Source: Blastocatellia bacterium
Lineage (GTDB): Bacteria > Acidobacteriota > Blastocatellia > HR10 > J050
Direction of reading: 5' to 3'
Assembly: GCA_025054955.1 (NCBI GenBank)
Contig: JANWZE010000130.1
Span: 9,261 to 73,260 of the forward strand
Length of the DNA stretch: 64,000 nt
The notes below the pieces were generated by a model. The model was given only the letters and a program-made list of their open reading frames with translations, made no database searches and was not told where the DNA came from. Made by a program: the position numbers and the translations under genes. This document shows, piece after piece, positions 18,256 to 28,537 of the stretch; position 1 is the first letter of the stretch, and every line of letters begins with the position of its first letter.

Positions 18256-20094
18256 ATGGTGAATCATCCACTCGCGCGATTGCAGGCGTTGCTGTGCAGC
18301 CTGATGGTGTTGGCTCAGACAACCGTCCATGCACAGCTTGGTTCGAGGAATGTTCAATTACTGAGCCGCGTCTTTCCCGGCCCGGCGTTTGATGTGCACG
18401 TGCAAGGCCGCTACGCTTACGTTACAACGGGCACCGGATTGATCATCGCCGACGTGAGCGATCCGACGCATCCGCGTTTGCTTTCGCATCTGTTTCTACC
18501 GGGTCCGGGGCTGGACATCGCGGCGTCAGGCTCGTTGGTCTTCGTGGCGTCCGGCGAAGCCGGTCTGCGTATCGTTGACGTGAGCGATCCAACCTCACCT
18601 CGAGAGCGCGGATTTCTAGCCATTCAACGGCCTGTGCAAGCCGTTGCCGTCAGCGGTAGCACCGCCTACATCGGCACAACCAGAAGCATTGATGTGGTGG
18701 ATGTCAGTCATGTGGAACGACCTGCCATACTGGCGTCGCGGGCGATGCCGGATCAAGTGCTTGGCCTGACGATCAGCAACAACATCCTCTTTGTCTGCGC
18801 CAGTTTTCAAGGCGTGCTGCTGCTGGATGTCGGTCAACCAGCCCAACCACGACAGCTCAGCATTTTTGATCGGCCGATCAAAGCACACGATGTCGCCGTG
18901 GTCAACAACACGGCCTATGTAGCCGACGAATTCGGCGGCGTGCACATCGCCGACGTGAGCGCGCCGACATCGCCGAGATTCATCAGCTCGGCCACCACGG
19001 TGGGCGCGCGCGACGTGGCCGTGACTGGTTCATGGGTCTACGCGGTGGATGAATTGGCCGGGCTCATGGTGATTGACGCGAGTGACCCCGCTCAACCACG
19101 CCAGCTTGGACAATGGCCATTGCCAGATTTTTCCTACGGCCTCGCTCTCAGCGGATCAAACGCTTATGTTGCCACATCAGGAGCTGGTCTTCACATCTTT
19201 GACATCAGCCAAGTCAGCGAGCTCAGACAAGTCGGCCAATTGCCGACATCGGGAGCTGTCACTGGCATTGCGCTGGCAGAGCAGCGAGCGTATGTGTTGG
19301 ACCTGACAAATGGCCTAACCATCCTCGATACAAGCGATCCGACGAAGCCGCGAATCATCGGCAGCGTGACGGTCTCGTCAACGCCAAGGGACATCGCTCT
19401 GTCGGGATCATTGGCCTATGTGGCGACGCTCGCCGGCGTGGAAATTTATGACCTCTCAGACGCCAGCAATCCTCGGCGGCGCGGTTCTGTGCACACCGAG
19501 AGCACGGCGCACGCGGTCGCCATCTCCCATCCTTACGTCTATGTGGCGGCCGGCTCGTCCGGACTGCGCATTGTTGACGCGAGCGATGCTGATCACCCGC
19601 GCGAAGTTGGATCGTTCAGCACGCCCAGCAGCGCCTTGGATGTGGCTGTTGACGGAACACGCGTCGCAGTCGTTGATGGCATCTCATTACAGGTTGTTGA
19701 TGTGAGCGACCCAACCAAGCCCACAGGCTTGGTTGATCTTCGCCGCGCCGGCAATGCGGTCGGCGTGGCCATCTCTGGCGACACCGTCTACATTGCTGAT
19801 CTACGAAACGGCGTGCGGATTGTTGACATCTCTGATCCAACCAAGCCACGCGCAGCCGGGCAGTTTTTCACCTCGGCAAGCGTGCGAAATCTGGCGCTAG
19901 TTGGCACACTCGTCTACGTGGCCGATACGGCCGGGCTCCGCGTAGTGGATATTGCCGAACTGAGCCAGCCAAAGGAAATCGGATCATTCACGATCCCACC
20001 GGTAGCGACTATTGACGTGCAGGTGCGTGGCAATGTGGCTTACCTGGCAGCCGGCGATCAAGGACTTTACATCTTGCAGTTTTCTCAGCCATAG
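18256..20094 (+). CDS. Secreted LVIVD-repeat beta-propeller protein.
   Basis: Signal peptide. About 12 repeats of (L/V)xI(V/A)DVSDPxxPR(x)xG. AAGGAGGAG lies 9 nt before the ATG at 18256. Confidence 0.85.
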   Translation: MVNHPLARLQALLCSLMVLAQTTVHAQLGSRNVQLLSRVFPGPAFDVHVQGRYAYVTTGTGLIIADVSDPTHPRLLSHLFLPGPGLDIAASGSLVFVASGEAGLRIVDVSDPTSPRERGFLAIQRPVQAVAVSGSTAYIGTTRSIDVVDVSHVERPAILASRAMPDQVLGLTISNNILFVCASFQGVLLLDVGQPAQPRQLSIFDRPIKAHDVAVVNNTAYVADEFGGVHIADVSAPTSPRFISSATTVGARDVAVTGSWVYAVDELAGLMVIDASDPAQPRQLGQWPLPDFSYGLALSGSNAYVATSGAGLHIFDISQVSELRQVGQLPTSGAVTGIALAEQRAYVLDLTNGLTILDTSDPTKPRIIGSVTVSSTPRDIALSGSLAYVATLAGVEIYDLSDASNPRRRGSVHTESTAHAVAISHPYVYVAAGSSGLRIVDASDADHPREVGSFSTPSSALDVAVDGTRVAVVDGISLQVVDVSDPTKPTGLVDLRRAGNAVGVAISGDTVYIADLRNGVRIVDISDPTKPRAAGQFFTSASVRNLALVGTLVYVADTAGLRVVDIAELSQPKEIGSFTIPPVATIDVQVRGNVAYLAAGDQGLYILQFSQP

Positions 20095-20120
20095 CAATGG
20101 GTCGCCAGGCACGCGGTGAA

Positions 20121-20189
20121 GCAATCGCGACATCTGAAATGCTTAGCCAAGTAAGCAATCGCGACATCTGAAGTGCTTAGCAAAGTCGG
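20121..20189 (+). repeat. Tandem direct repeat, 2 x about 34 bp (GCAATCGCGACATCTGAA(A/G)TGCTTAGC...), downstream of the LVIVD gene.
   Basis: Read directly. Two near-identical adjacent copies. Confidence 0.8.
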
Positions 20190-20349
20190 ACGATGCTGAC
20201 TCGATCTACAGCCCGTGGCAGGCGCTGTGACACAGCCAGCCACGCCGAGCAAGCTGGTTCGCGCATTTGCGTAGCCGATCAACGACGCGGCACTCCAGCG
20301 GCGTAACGATCACAACGAGCTTCTCAGGCAAAGGAACGATACCATCGCT

Positions 20350-21807
20350 GTGAAGACGGCCATTCAACTCCTGCTGTATGCAACAACGATTCTCCTGGTT
20401 GGTCATGGCCTCTCACAAGTGATTTTTCGGCGCGCTGAATTGCCCCGGCTCCATCATCTCACGCTGACGCTTGGCTTCGGATTAGCTCTGACCCCACTGT
20501 TGATGTTCAATCTGGCACTCACCGGTGTGGCGTTGACAACACCTCACGTGTTATTGCTGTTAAGTCCTTTGATGGCGCTATCACTGGTTGTCGGTTGGAA
20601 GCAATGGCCCTTGGTAAACGCTCAGGCACGGATTGCTCCACTCTCATCATGGGAAAAAGCCATGCTGACACTCATCGCGGGCAGCGTGCTTTTCGCGTTC
20701 CTGTTGGCCATGTCAAAACCGTTCGACGTGTGGGATGCTGTCACCACGTGGGGATTCAAAGCCCAGGTGCTGTATCACGAACAAACTGTTTATGCCGAAT
20801 CTTTGTTGGATCAAGCTGACGCCCTGACGCGAGTTCAACCACGACCGCAGTACCCGTTAGGTTGGCCGTTACAACAGCATCTGGCGGCGCTCATGCTCGG
20901 GCGCTTCGACGCAGCGCCGATCAAATTCACTGTCGGGCTCTTCTTCGGGCTGCTCATACTGGCGAGTTATACCACCGCTCGACTGTGGCTCCCCCGCCCA
21001 CTGGCTCTGCTTGGCTGCGCGTTGTTGCTCTCGCTGCCATTCATTTACTACCAGAGCGTGTTTCGCATCGTGTTAGTTGGCGGCAAGAAAAGCGCCATTT
21101 TGGGCGGACTGGCAGATTTGCCGCTAGCCTGCTTTGCGTTATTGAGCCTGACGGCGTTGTATCGCTGGTTCGTTCACGCAGAAGCCGCTCAGCTCATCAG
21201 CGCGGCTGTGTTCAGCGCCGCTGCGGCATTCACCAAAAATGAAGGACTGGCGCTCTCGGTAATCATTCTGGCAATGCTTCCCTTCTTCATTTTTCATCAT
21301 CGTCACACTCACAGGTGGCGTGCGTGGCTTCTCTTCGCTTCGATTTGGGCCATGCTGATCGGCCCCTGGCTCTGGTTCCGTCAACACCTGCCGGTTGAAC
21401 AAGCTGTGGCGCGGCTCGAATGGAACATGGATGCCATCATTCGTCTTGGGCAAAACGCGCCGTCAGTGATAGGATTTTTCTTATCGGAAGCGGTCAATCT
21501 TTTTTCCTGGGGACTGATTTGGGTGCTGTGGCTCGTTCTCTCACTGCAACAATGGCGATTCATCCGAGAGACAGCGATCAAATACCTCTACATCATCATC
21601 CTTGGCTGTCTGGCAGCGGATATGCTGGTCGTGTCACTAGCGCCGGTGAGCAATATCAAGCGCGCGTTCTACGAGAGCCGCGCCATTGCCCGGCTGTTGT
21701 TTCAACTGGCTCCCATCGTCGTGTTTGTCATGCTTCATCTTCTACACCAGCACTGGCGTGAGCCGATTCAACGGGCATCATCGCCGCGCTCAGAGGAATC
21801 GCCTTAA
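20350..21807 (+). CDS. Polytopic integral membrane protein (about 12 TM), possibly a GT-C-type glycosyltransferase-like protein.
   Basis: 485-aa ORF, hydrophobic throughout, GTG start in the ORF track. No catalytic motif recognised with confidence. Confidence 0.45.
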   Translation: MKTAIQLLLYATTILLVGHGLSQVIFRRAELPRLHHLTLTLGFGLALTPLLMFNLALTGVALTTPHVLLLLSPLMALSLVVGWKQWPLVNAQARIAPLSSWEKAMLTLIAGSVLFAFLLAMSKPFDVWDAVTTWGFKAQVLYHEQTVYAESLLDQADALTRVQPRPQYPLGWPLQQHLAALMLGRFDAAPIKFTVGLFFGLLILASYTTARLWLPRPLALLGCALLLSLPFIYYQSVFRIVLVGGKKSAILGGLADLPLACFALLSLTALYRWFVHAEAAQLISAAVFSAAAAFTKNEGLALSVIILAMLPFFIFHHRHTHRWRAWLLFASIWAMLIGPWLWFRQHLPVEQAVARLEWNMDAIIRLGQNAPSVIGFFLSEAVNLFSWGLIWVLWLVLSLQQWRFIRETAIKYLYIIILGCLAADMLVVSLAPVSNIKRAFYESRAIARLLFQLAPIVVFVMLHLLHQHWREPIQRASSPRSEESP

Positions 21808-22054
21808 TCAAAGCAACGTGACAAAAGTTCGTGGCGTTTTTGGAGTGCTGCGACGTGTCGCAGCTTTGGCCGGAAAGTGGTGACACGTCACCGCACTCCA
21901 CAACGTCCCGTCCCTCCAACCCGTCCCCCAAAATGTCCCAGAACGTTTGTCCACCTACTAAGGACCCTGAAGGAAGTTGCCTTGTCTTTGCTGACGCAAT
22001 GGACTATTATCACGGCTGCCTGACCCGGCGGGCAAACATTCCTGAGGAGGCACT

Positions 22055-23380
22055 ATGAAGAAACAATCTACCATGATGGTTTCTGGAGTATTTCTCATGT
22101 TACTTTGCATGTGGATGCTGCTCGATGGAAGCCCATCAGCAGCTCAAGCGGTGCTGACTGTGTCGAAAACGCCTGGCGCAGCGGCGTTCACCACCATTCA
22201 AGCAGCAATTGACGCGGCCAATCCCGGCGATACGATCTTGATCATGGATAGCGCCGACTATCCGGAGCATTTAAGGCTGGCCAAGAATAATGTGACGCTG
22301 CAAGCAGCCGAAGGGCAGTCACCGACGATTTCCGGTCGGCCCGGCGCGCCTGACACACTGGATACACTGGATGTCAGCGGGACCAATGGTGTGACGATTC
22401 GCGGTATCCGATTCACGAGTGGCAGTGATGATGCGATCACAGCCAGCCCCGGCCCAGGCGCGACCAACCTGACGGTCGAAAACTGCGTCTTTGAATCGCT
22501 CAACGACATTGGGGTGATCCTCAACAATAATTCCACCGGCACAGTCCGCAACAACATATTTCGGCGACTGGGCACTGGCACGAATCGAGCGGGTCTGGGC
22601 ATGTCAGTGCTCAATGGCTCGAACGTCGTCGTTGAAGGGAACACATTTGATGATTTGCTGGGCGCCGGCATTCAGGTCAATGTGGCCACGGCAACGATTC
22701 GGAACAATACGTTTCGTGGCGGCCCAATGAACGGTCAGTTCTCTGACGGTGTTCAACTGGTTCGCTCAACGGCGACAGTGGTCCGCAATCGCTTCATTGA
22801 CATTGGTCGGATTGCCATTGGCACCTTCACGCCGCAGGATGATCCGACGCCCCGAGTGACCAGCTCGGTGACGATCATCAACAACCTCATCTTTAATAGC
22901 GGCACGTTCAATCCGAATGCCGGTTTTGGATTCCAACTGGTCGGCACCAGCAATACGCGCCACAATTTTACGCTGATCAACAACACGGTGGCCGATAACG
23001 CCGTTTGCGCCATCCTCTATGCGCTAAACACGGGTGGATCGTCTGTTCTGCTTGTGAACAATATCCTATCGGGTTCAGGTGGGCCATTTGACATCTTATT
23101 CACGCAGCAAGCGGCTAGTCGCGGTCCGCGTGAACTGACGGCGCGTAACAACCTAGTTGATCGAGACCCGATTATGATTGTGGGCACGAATGGCAACATC
23201 ACGGGCGATCCACGCTACGTTGCTCCGCTCAATGGCAACTATGGTGTCCAAGCTGGTTCGCCTGTCATTGACGCTGGCGATGACAGTGTCCAGGGCTTGC
23301 CAGAAACCGATATTGCCGGGAACCCGCGACGGGCTGGAAGAGCAGTGGACATTGGCGCGTATGAATTCCAACAACCCTAG
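22055..23380 (+). CDS. Secreted right-handed parallel beta-helix repeat protein (pectate-lyase-fold).
   Basis: Signal peptide. Repeated NNxFxxxGxxGIxV / NNTF turns. 441 aa. Confidence 0.7.
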   Translation: MKKQSTMMVSGVFLMLLCMWMLLDGSPSAAQAVLTVSKTPGAAAFTTIQAAIDAANPGDTILIMDSADYPEHLRLAKNNVTLQAAEGQSPTISGRPGAPDTLDTLDVSGTNGVTIRGIRFTSGSDDAITASPGPGATNLTVENCVFESLNDIGVILNNNSTGTVRNNIFRRLGTGTNRAGLGMSVLNGSNVVVEGNTFDDLLGAGIQVNVATATIRNNTFRGGPMNGQFSDGVQLVRSTATVVRNRFIDIGRIAIGTFTPQDDPTPRVTSSVTIINNLIFNSGTFNPNAGFGFQLVGTSNTRHNFTLINNTVADNAVCAILYALNTGGSSVLLVNNILSGSGGPFDILFTQQAASRGPRELTARNNLVDRDPIMIVGTNGNITGDPRYVAPLNGNYGVQAGSPVIDAGDDSVQGLPETDIAGNPRRAGRAVDIGAYEFQQP

Positions 23381-23529
23381 ATCAGGCGCTCGGCCTCAGA
23401 CTGAGCCACATCATGGAAAGCTAGGCCTGAGCGTATACGATCGACATCCGAAGTTCGTTACTCGACGGCTCGCGTCAAGGGCGGCCTCACGCCACTTGAC
23501 GCCACGTCCATGTTGACATCAGAAGTCCG

Positions 23530-24033
23530 TCATTCGACAGCTCGGTTGCGCTCCGGTGGCAAACTGATGTTTGGTTGGTCTAGCCGCAGCGTCGTGTGTT
23601 CGGTGACGCTCACGGGCGGCGACGGTTCCACATACGATGTTGGGGTCGCAATCTGTGGAGGCGTCGGCAGGGGCGTCACATGTGATTCTCTTGGCCAACG
23701 AAATTCCAGTGTACGTTTCGGCGTCGCCCAGAGCGTCGCGCTGGCAATTTGACCAAGCCCCTTAAACAGCACAATAAGGCCGATGGCAGCAAATGCCCAA
23801 CTCTTGAAGAACAACAAGAAGAAAAGCGCCAATCCAAGTCCGGTGAACGCCGTGCGCAGGCCATGACGTGCTTGCTCTAACCGACGACGTTCCTCTCTGA
23901 TGTCATCTATTGAAGCCGGAGAGGAGCTGGATGAAACGCTCATGCTTTGCATTAATGCCGCCAGATTATAGCCACATGATTTGCAAAACCGCTGGGTCGG
24001 CGCTGCTTGTCGTCCACAATTGGGGCAATACAT
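23530..24033 (-). CDS. Zinc-ribbon domain membrane protein.
   Basis: N-terminal MYCPNCGRQAAPTQRFCKSCGYNL (CxxC...CxxC). Central TM helix. 167 aa. Confidence 0.6.
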   Translation of the reverse strand: MYCPNCGRQAAPTQRFCKSCGYNLAALMQSMSVSSSSSPASIDDIREERRRLEQARHGLRTAFTGLGLALFFLLFFKSWAFAAIGLIVLFKGLGQIASATLWATPKRTLEFRWPRESHVTPLPTPPQIATPTSYVEPSPPVSVTEHTTLRLDQPNISLPPERNRAVE

Positions 24034-24235
24034 AATGTTTCTCCTCCGGTCAATGATTCACTTAAAGCCTAGCAAATTCCCCCGTGGACGGCAAGCAACG
24101 ACCAATTTACCCCTTGTCACGAACAACGATGACAGCAACACTGACCTGGACGGCAAGCAACGAGCAACTTGTCCCTTGTCACTGATTGTGGCTTGCCACT
24201 ACACTTTCGCTTCATTTTCGTGTGAGTGAGCAACC

Positions 24236-25621
24236 ATGATGAAGAACTTGGTTGTCGGCCTGATTCTGATTGCCAGTGTGGTCAGTCCAAGCCTGCATGC
24301 AGCCGGTCAAGACTCGTCTCAGACGTCACAATCTCAGAAGAGTCCCCCTGTTCCGCCGGTCTATTTCGATAGCCTGCTCAACGGCCTGCAAATCTTGATT
24401 GTCGAGCGACCCGGTCCATCGGACGCGGTGATCGGGTTCACCATCAAGAAAGGTTCTGCCTTCGATCTTGTTGGCAAGGAAGGCTCGGCGGATTTGCTGG
24501 CTCGACTCGTGCTGCGTGGCTCGCAAACCGTCAATGACCGGCCGCTCTCGCAGCTCTTTCAGGAACTTGACACCAAAGCGGATGTTCTCGTCACGTTAGA
24601 CATGACCCGCTTCACCTTCCAAACGCCGGTCAAGAATCTACCCTACGTGTTCCCTATTTTGGCCGAGATTCTGACGCGCTCGGTCTTTCCTGAAACCGAT
24701 GTGACGCAAGTGAAGCAACAACGATTGGCTGAGTTGCGGCAGGCCAATCAGAGCCTACTGGCGCAAGCCCAAGCCGAATGTATGAAGCTCATTTTTGCGC
24801 GTCACCCATACGCGCGACCGGTTGAAGGCACAGCCGCCACGTATGAGACGATCACCCCGGCAGACTTATCACGCCATCACCGACGGTTCTATCTATCCAA
24901 CGATTCGATTCTGACCGTTGTCGGCAACGTGTCTGCTCAAGCCGTCATGCAGTTAATTCGACCGACGTTCGGAGCAATGCGAAAAGGCAAGGTTGTGCCC
25001 AGCACATTTGTCGCGCCGACACCACCGACTGGCATTCAGATCAAATTGTTTGATCGTCCCCAGATGCGTGAAGCGGCTATATGTGTGGGCTATCTGACGC
25101 GCGGGCGTGATGCCGACTCCTATCTTCCGCTGGTGCTGCTCAATCAGGCGCTAGTCCAACTATTGCAGCAGTCCGCCAATGCGTTTGCGCCGGAGCAAGT
25201 GACGATCACAAACTCGCTGAACATTCACCGACTGGCCGGCGCAGTGACGATCACAGCCAACGCGCCGGCGCGACTGGGACCGACCGTCCTGACCAATCTG
25301 TTCAAAATGCTGGAACGGGCGCGGGAGATTTCTGCGCCGGAGCTGAGCGCGACAAAATCGTCACTGGCCACACACGTCGCGGCTCAGGTGCAAACTCATC
25401 GTCAACTTGCCGATCAGCTTCAGGACATCGAATTGTACGGCCTGGCACGGGATTACATCGTGGCATTTCAGCAGCGTCTCGACCAGATCACGCTCCAACA
25501 GGTGAAGAATGTCGCTTCTGACATTCTCTCGACAACAAATGCCCACGTTGTGGTCATCGGCCCTGCGGCTGAGTTAGCTGAGCCGTTGAAATCAGTCGGA
25601 ACAGTAGAACTCGTCAAATGA
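24236..25621 (+). CDS. Secreted M16-family (pitrilysin/insulinase-like) peptidase homolog, probably a non-catalytic subunit.
   Basis: Signal peptide. M16 N-terminal and C-terminal domain-like sequence. No HxxEH zinc motif seen. Confidence 0.55.
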   Translation: MMKNLVVGLILIASVVSPSLHAAGQDSSQTSQSQKSPPVPPVYFDSLLNGLQILIVERPGPSDAVIGFTIKKGSAFDLVGKEGSADLLARLVLRGSQTVNDRPLSQLFQELDTKADVLVTLDMTRFTFQTPVKNLPYVFPILAEILTRSVFPETDVTQVKQQRLAELRQANQSLLAQAQAECMKLIFARHPYARPVEGTAATYETITPADLSRHHRRFYLSNDSILTVVGNVSAQAVMQLIRPTFGAMRKGKVVPSTFVAPTPPTGIQIKLFDRPQMREAAICVGYLTRGRDADSYLPLVLLNQALVQLLQQSANAFAPEQVTITNSLNIHRLAGAVTITANAPARLGPTVLTNLFKMLERAREISAPELSATKSSLATHVAAQVQTHRQLADQLQDIELYGLARDYIVAFQQRLDQITLQQVKNVASDILSTTNAHVVVIGPAAELAEPLKSVGTVELVK

Positions 25622-25630
25622 GACCGGATG

Positions 25631-26254
25631 TCATGCACGCAGCAGGACGCGCGCCGGCGCGCCATCGCCATCTTTGATCTTGAGCGGCAGACAAAACATA
25701 TCGTAATCGCCCGGCTCGACCTCGCGCAGGTTAAGTCCTTCGATGATGATGACGCCATTGCAGAGCAGCGTCTGATGCACTGTGAATTCTTCGCAGGGAT
25801 ATTGATCAACAGAGAGGTAATCAATGCCGACTACTTTGATGCCGCTCTCCACCAAGTACTGAGCCGCATCAGCGGTCAAGTGGACGTATTTCTGCACAAA
25901 CTCGCCGCTATCCCATAAGTAGGAATTCCGGGTTTTGAACAACACGCGCATGACGTCGGCCAGATCATGCTCCTGCAGGTGCTCGGCTGTAATCGCCATG
26001 CCGCTGGCAAATTCAATCACGCGCGTGCGGCCGATGAGCCACTCTGGCGGAATTTGATCAACGGTAATCCCCTCTTTGACGAAATGAGATGGGGCATCCA
26101 CGTGCGTGCCCGTATGAGACCCGAAGCTGTAATAGCTCGTGTTGGACAGATCACCCTGATCAAGCTGTTGTTTGCGTTCAATGACCACGGCAGGGTCACC
26201 GGGATACAAAGGCGTTTGCGAGGATAAAGTGACCGTCACATCATAAATCTTCAT
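25631..26254 (-). CDS. Cyclase-family protein (kynurenine formamidase-like).
   Basis: HTGTHVDAPSHF motif and overall cyclase (PF04199-type) pattern. 207 aa. Confidence 0.75.
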   Translation of the reverse strand: MKIYDVTVTLSSQTPLYPGDPAVVIERKQQLDQGDLSNTSYYSFGSHTGTHVDAPSHFVKEGITVDQIPPEWLIGRTRVIEFASGMAITAEHLQEHDLADVMRVLFKTRNSYLWDSGEFVQKYVHLTADAAQYLVESGIKVVGIDYLSVDQYPCEEFTVHQTLLCNGVIIIEGLNLREVEPGDYDMFCLPLKIKDGDGAPARVLLRA

Positions 26255-26459
26255 GCATCATTACCTCTGTTCCCACAAACGGGTTGCGAATAGTAATGGC
26301 CTTGCTGTCTCCTGTCAAGTTCGCTTCTGGAAAGCGTTTTCTTGACAAGTTCAGCGTACCGCCTTTATAGTGCTATACCTCATGAGCACGATCAACTCTC
26401 AAACAAGCAACGTGGGTGAGGGCGTCTCTCTGTCGCTCACGAAGCGAGAACCGCCGCAG

Positions 26460-26984
26460 ATGAAAAGCACGACCGTTCTGTGCGTGCGGCGCGACGGTCA
26501 GGTTGTGATGGCGGCGGATGGACAAGTCACGTTCAATCACACGGTGATGAAATCAACAGCTCGTAAAGTGCGTCGGTTATACAACGGCCAGATTCTGGCC
26601 GGATTTGCCGGTTCCACATCGGATGCAATCACCTTGTTTGAACGGTTTGAATCGAAGCTGGAAGAATACCGCGGGCAATTGAGTCGCGCGGCCGTTGAAC
26701 TGGGCAAAACGTGGCGCACGGATAAGTATCTGCGACATCTGGAAGCGATGTTGTTAGTCGCTGACCAAAAACTGTCGCTGGTGCTCTCGGGCACGGGTGA
26801 TGTGATTGAACCAGACCATCAGGTCATTGCCATTGGCTCTGGCGGCCCATACGCCATGGCGGCGGCTCGCGCGCTGTACGAGCACACTGCATTGACAGCT
26901 CGTCAAATCGCTCAAGAAGCCATGCGCATTACCAGCCAAATCTGCATCTATACCAACGATCAGTTCATCTTTGAGGAGTTATAG
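26460..26984 (+). CDS. hslV: ATP-dependent protease subunit HslV.
   Basis: [21 protein letters not shown]...[14 protein letters not shown]. 174 aa from ATG 26460; the ORF track starts at a GTG at 26370. Immediately followed by hslU. Confidence 0.85.
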   Translation: MKSTTVLCVRRDGQVVMAADGQVTFNHTVMKSTARKVRRLYNGQILAGFAGSTSDAITLFERFESKLEEYRGQLSRAAVELGKTWRTDKYLRHLEAMLLVADQKLSLVLSGTGDVIEPDHQVIAIGSGGPYAMAAARALYEHTALTARQIAQEAMRITSQICIYTNDQFIFEEL

Positions 26985-26996
26985 TCCAAAAGCGTT

Positions 26997-28436
26997 ATGG
27001 TGATCTATGTGACTGGCGGCGAAGAAACCACGCCGATGCTTGATGAATTGACGCCTCGTCAGATTGTCCAAGAATTGGACAAATACGTGGTTGGCCAACA
27101 GGCCGCCAAAAAGGCGGTAGCCATCGCGTTGCGCAACCGGATTCGGCGGCAACGGCTCTCACCCGACGTGGCCGAAGACGTGTTGCCGAAAAACATTCTG
27201 ATGATCGGACCGACCGGCGTGGGCAAGACGGAAATTGCGCGACGCTTGGCTCGGTTGTCCAACTCGCCGATGATCAAGGTTGAAGCCTCCAAGTACACGG
27301 AAGTCGGCTATGTCGGTCGCGATGTTGAATCAATGATTCGTGACCTGGTCGAGATGGCCGTGGACATGGTACGCGCGCAAAAAACAGCAGAAATCCAGGA
27401 GAAAGCTGAACGCAATGTGGAAGAACGCCTGCTCGACCTGTTGCTGCCGTCGAACCGACGCGGCGCGCGCCGCGCCTCTGACGAGGATGCGGAAAGCGAT
27501 GACGAACAGGACGCATGGACGCCCCCGCTAGAGCCCTACGAAGCAGACCATCTGCAACGCACCCGCGAGAAACTCCGTCAGCAACTGCGCGAGGGCAAAC
27601 TCGACAGCCGACAGGTGGAGATGGAAGTCCGCGAAAAGTTCTATCCGACGTTTGAAATCTTCACCAGTCAAGGCATCGAGCAAATGGACGTCAACATTCA
27701 AGACATGATCCCAGGCCTCTTCGGCGCCGGACGAAAGAAACGGCGCCGCATGCGCGTTGACGAAGCCCGCGAATACCTGCTGCAAGAAGAGGAACAACGA
27801 CTGATTGACATGGACCAGGTGGCGCGTCAGGCGCTGGAGATGGTTGAACAATCGGGCATCGTCTTCCTCGATGAAATTGACAAGATCGCCGGACGTGAGT
27901 CCGGCCACGGACCCGATGTCTCACGCGAAGGCGTCCAACGCGACCTGCTCCCCATGATTGAAGGCACAACCGTCAGCACACGCTACGGCACTGTGCGCAC
28001 TGATCACATTCTGTTCATTGCCGCCGGCGCGTTTCACGTGTCGAAACCCTCAGACCTCATCCCTGAATTACAAGGCCGCTTCCCAATCCGCGTCGAGCTA
28101 GACCCGCTCACTGTGGACGATTTCAAGCGCATTCTACGCGAGCCCAAGAATTCACTCATCAAACAATACAAAGCCTTGCTTGAAACCGATGGTATCACCT
28201 TGAACTTCACCGACGACGCTATTGATTCAATGGCTGAGTTTGCGTTTGCCGTTAATGAACAGACGGAAAATATCGGCGCGCGCCGCTTGCAGACGATCAT
28301 GGAAAAAGTGCTCGAAGACATCGCCTTTGAGGCTCCGGACCTGGAGAACAAAGAACAGACGATAGATGCCGAGTACGTTCGCCGAAAACTGGCCGATATT
28401 GCGAAGAATCAGGATTTGAGTCGGTACATCTTGTGA
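26997..28436 (+). CDS. hslU: ATP-dependent protease ATPase subunit HslU.
   Basis: [31 protein letters not shown]. Walker [12 protein letters not shown]+ sensor motifs. The start may instead be the ATG at 27036. Confidence 0.9.
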   Translation: MVIYVTGGEETTPMLDELTPRQIVQELDKYVVGQQAAKKAVAIALRNRIRRQRLSPDVAEDVLPKNILMIGPTGVGKTEIARRLARLSNSPMIKVEASKYTEVGYVGRDVESMIRDLVEMAVDMVRAQKTAEIQEKAERNVEERLLDLLLPSNRRGARRASDEDAESDDEQDAWTPPLEPYEADHLQRTREKLRQQLREGKLDSRQVEMEVREKFYPTFEIFTSQGIEQMDVNIQDMIPGLFGAGRKKRRRMRVDEAREYLLQEEEQRLIDMDQVARQALEMVEQSGIVFLDEIDKIAGRESGHGPDVSREGVQRDLLPMIEGTTVSTRYGTVRTDHILFIAAGAFHVSKPSDLIPELQGRFPIRVELDPLTVDDFKRILREPKNSLIKQYKALLETDGITLNFTDDAIDSMAEFAFAVNEQTENIGARRLQTIMEKVLEDIAFEAPDLENKEQTIDAEYVRRKLADIAKNQDLSRYIL

Positions 28437-28537
28437 ACGCGCAAATCTCAGCTCTCAGTTTTCAAGTCTCAGGCCTCTCCAACACAGCGGGAGAGGACTT
28501 GTGTCGTCGTCACCGCACTCGCTCAGTCCAACACCGG

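Noticed and set aside
20100-24200. Considered whether the direct repeats at 20121..20189 and 24086..24182 form a CRISPR array.
   Set aside because: There are only two copies each. The units are not partially palindromic CRISPR-type repeats, no spacer series is present, and no cas genes are in the window.
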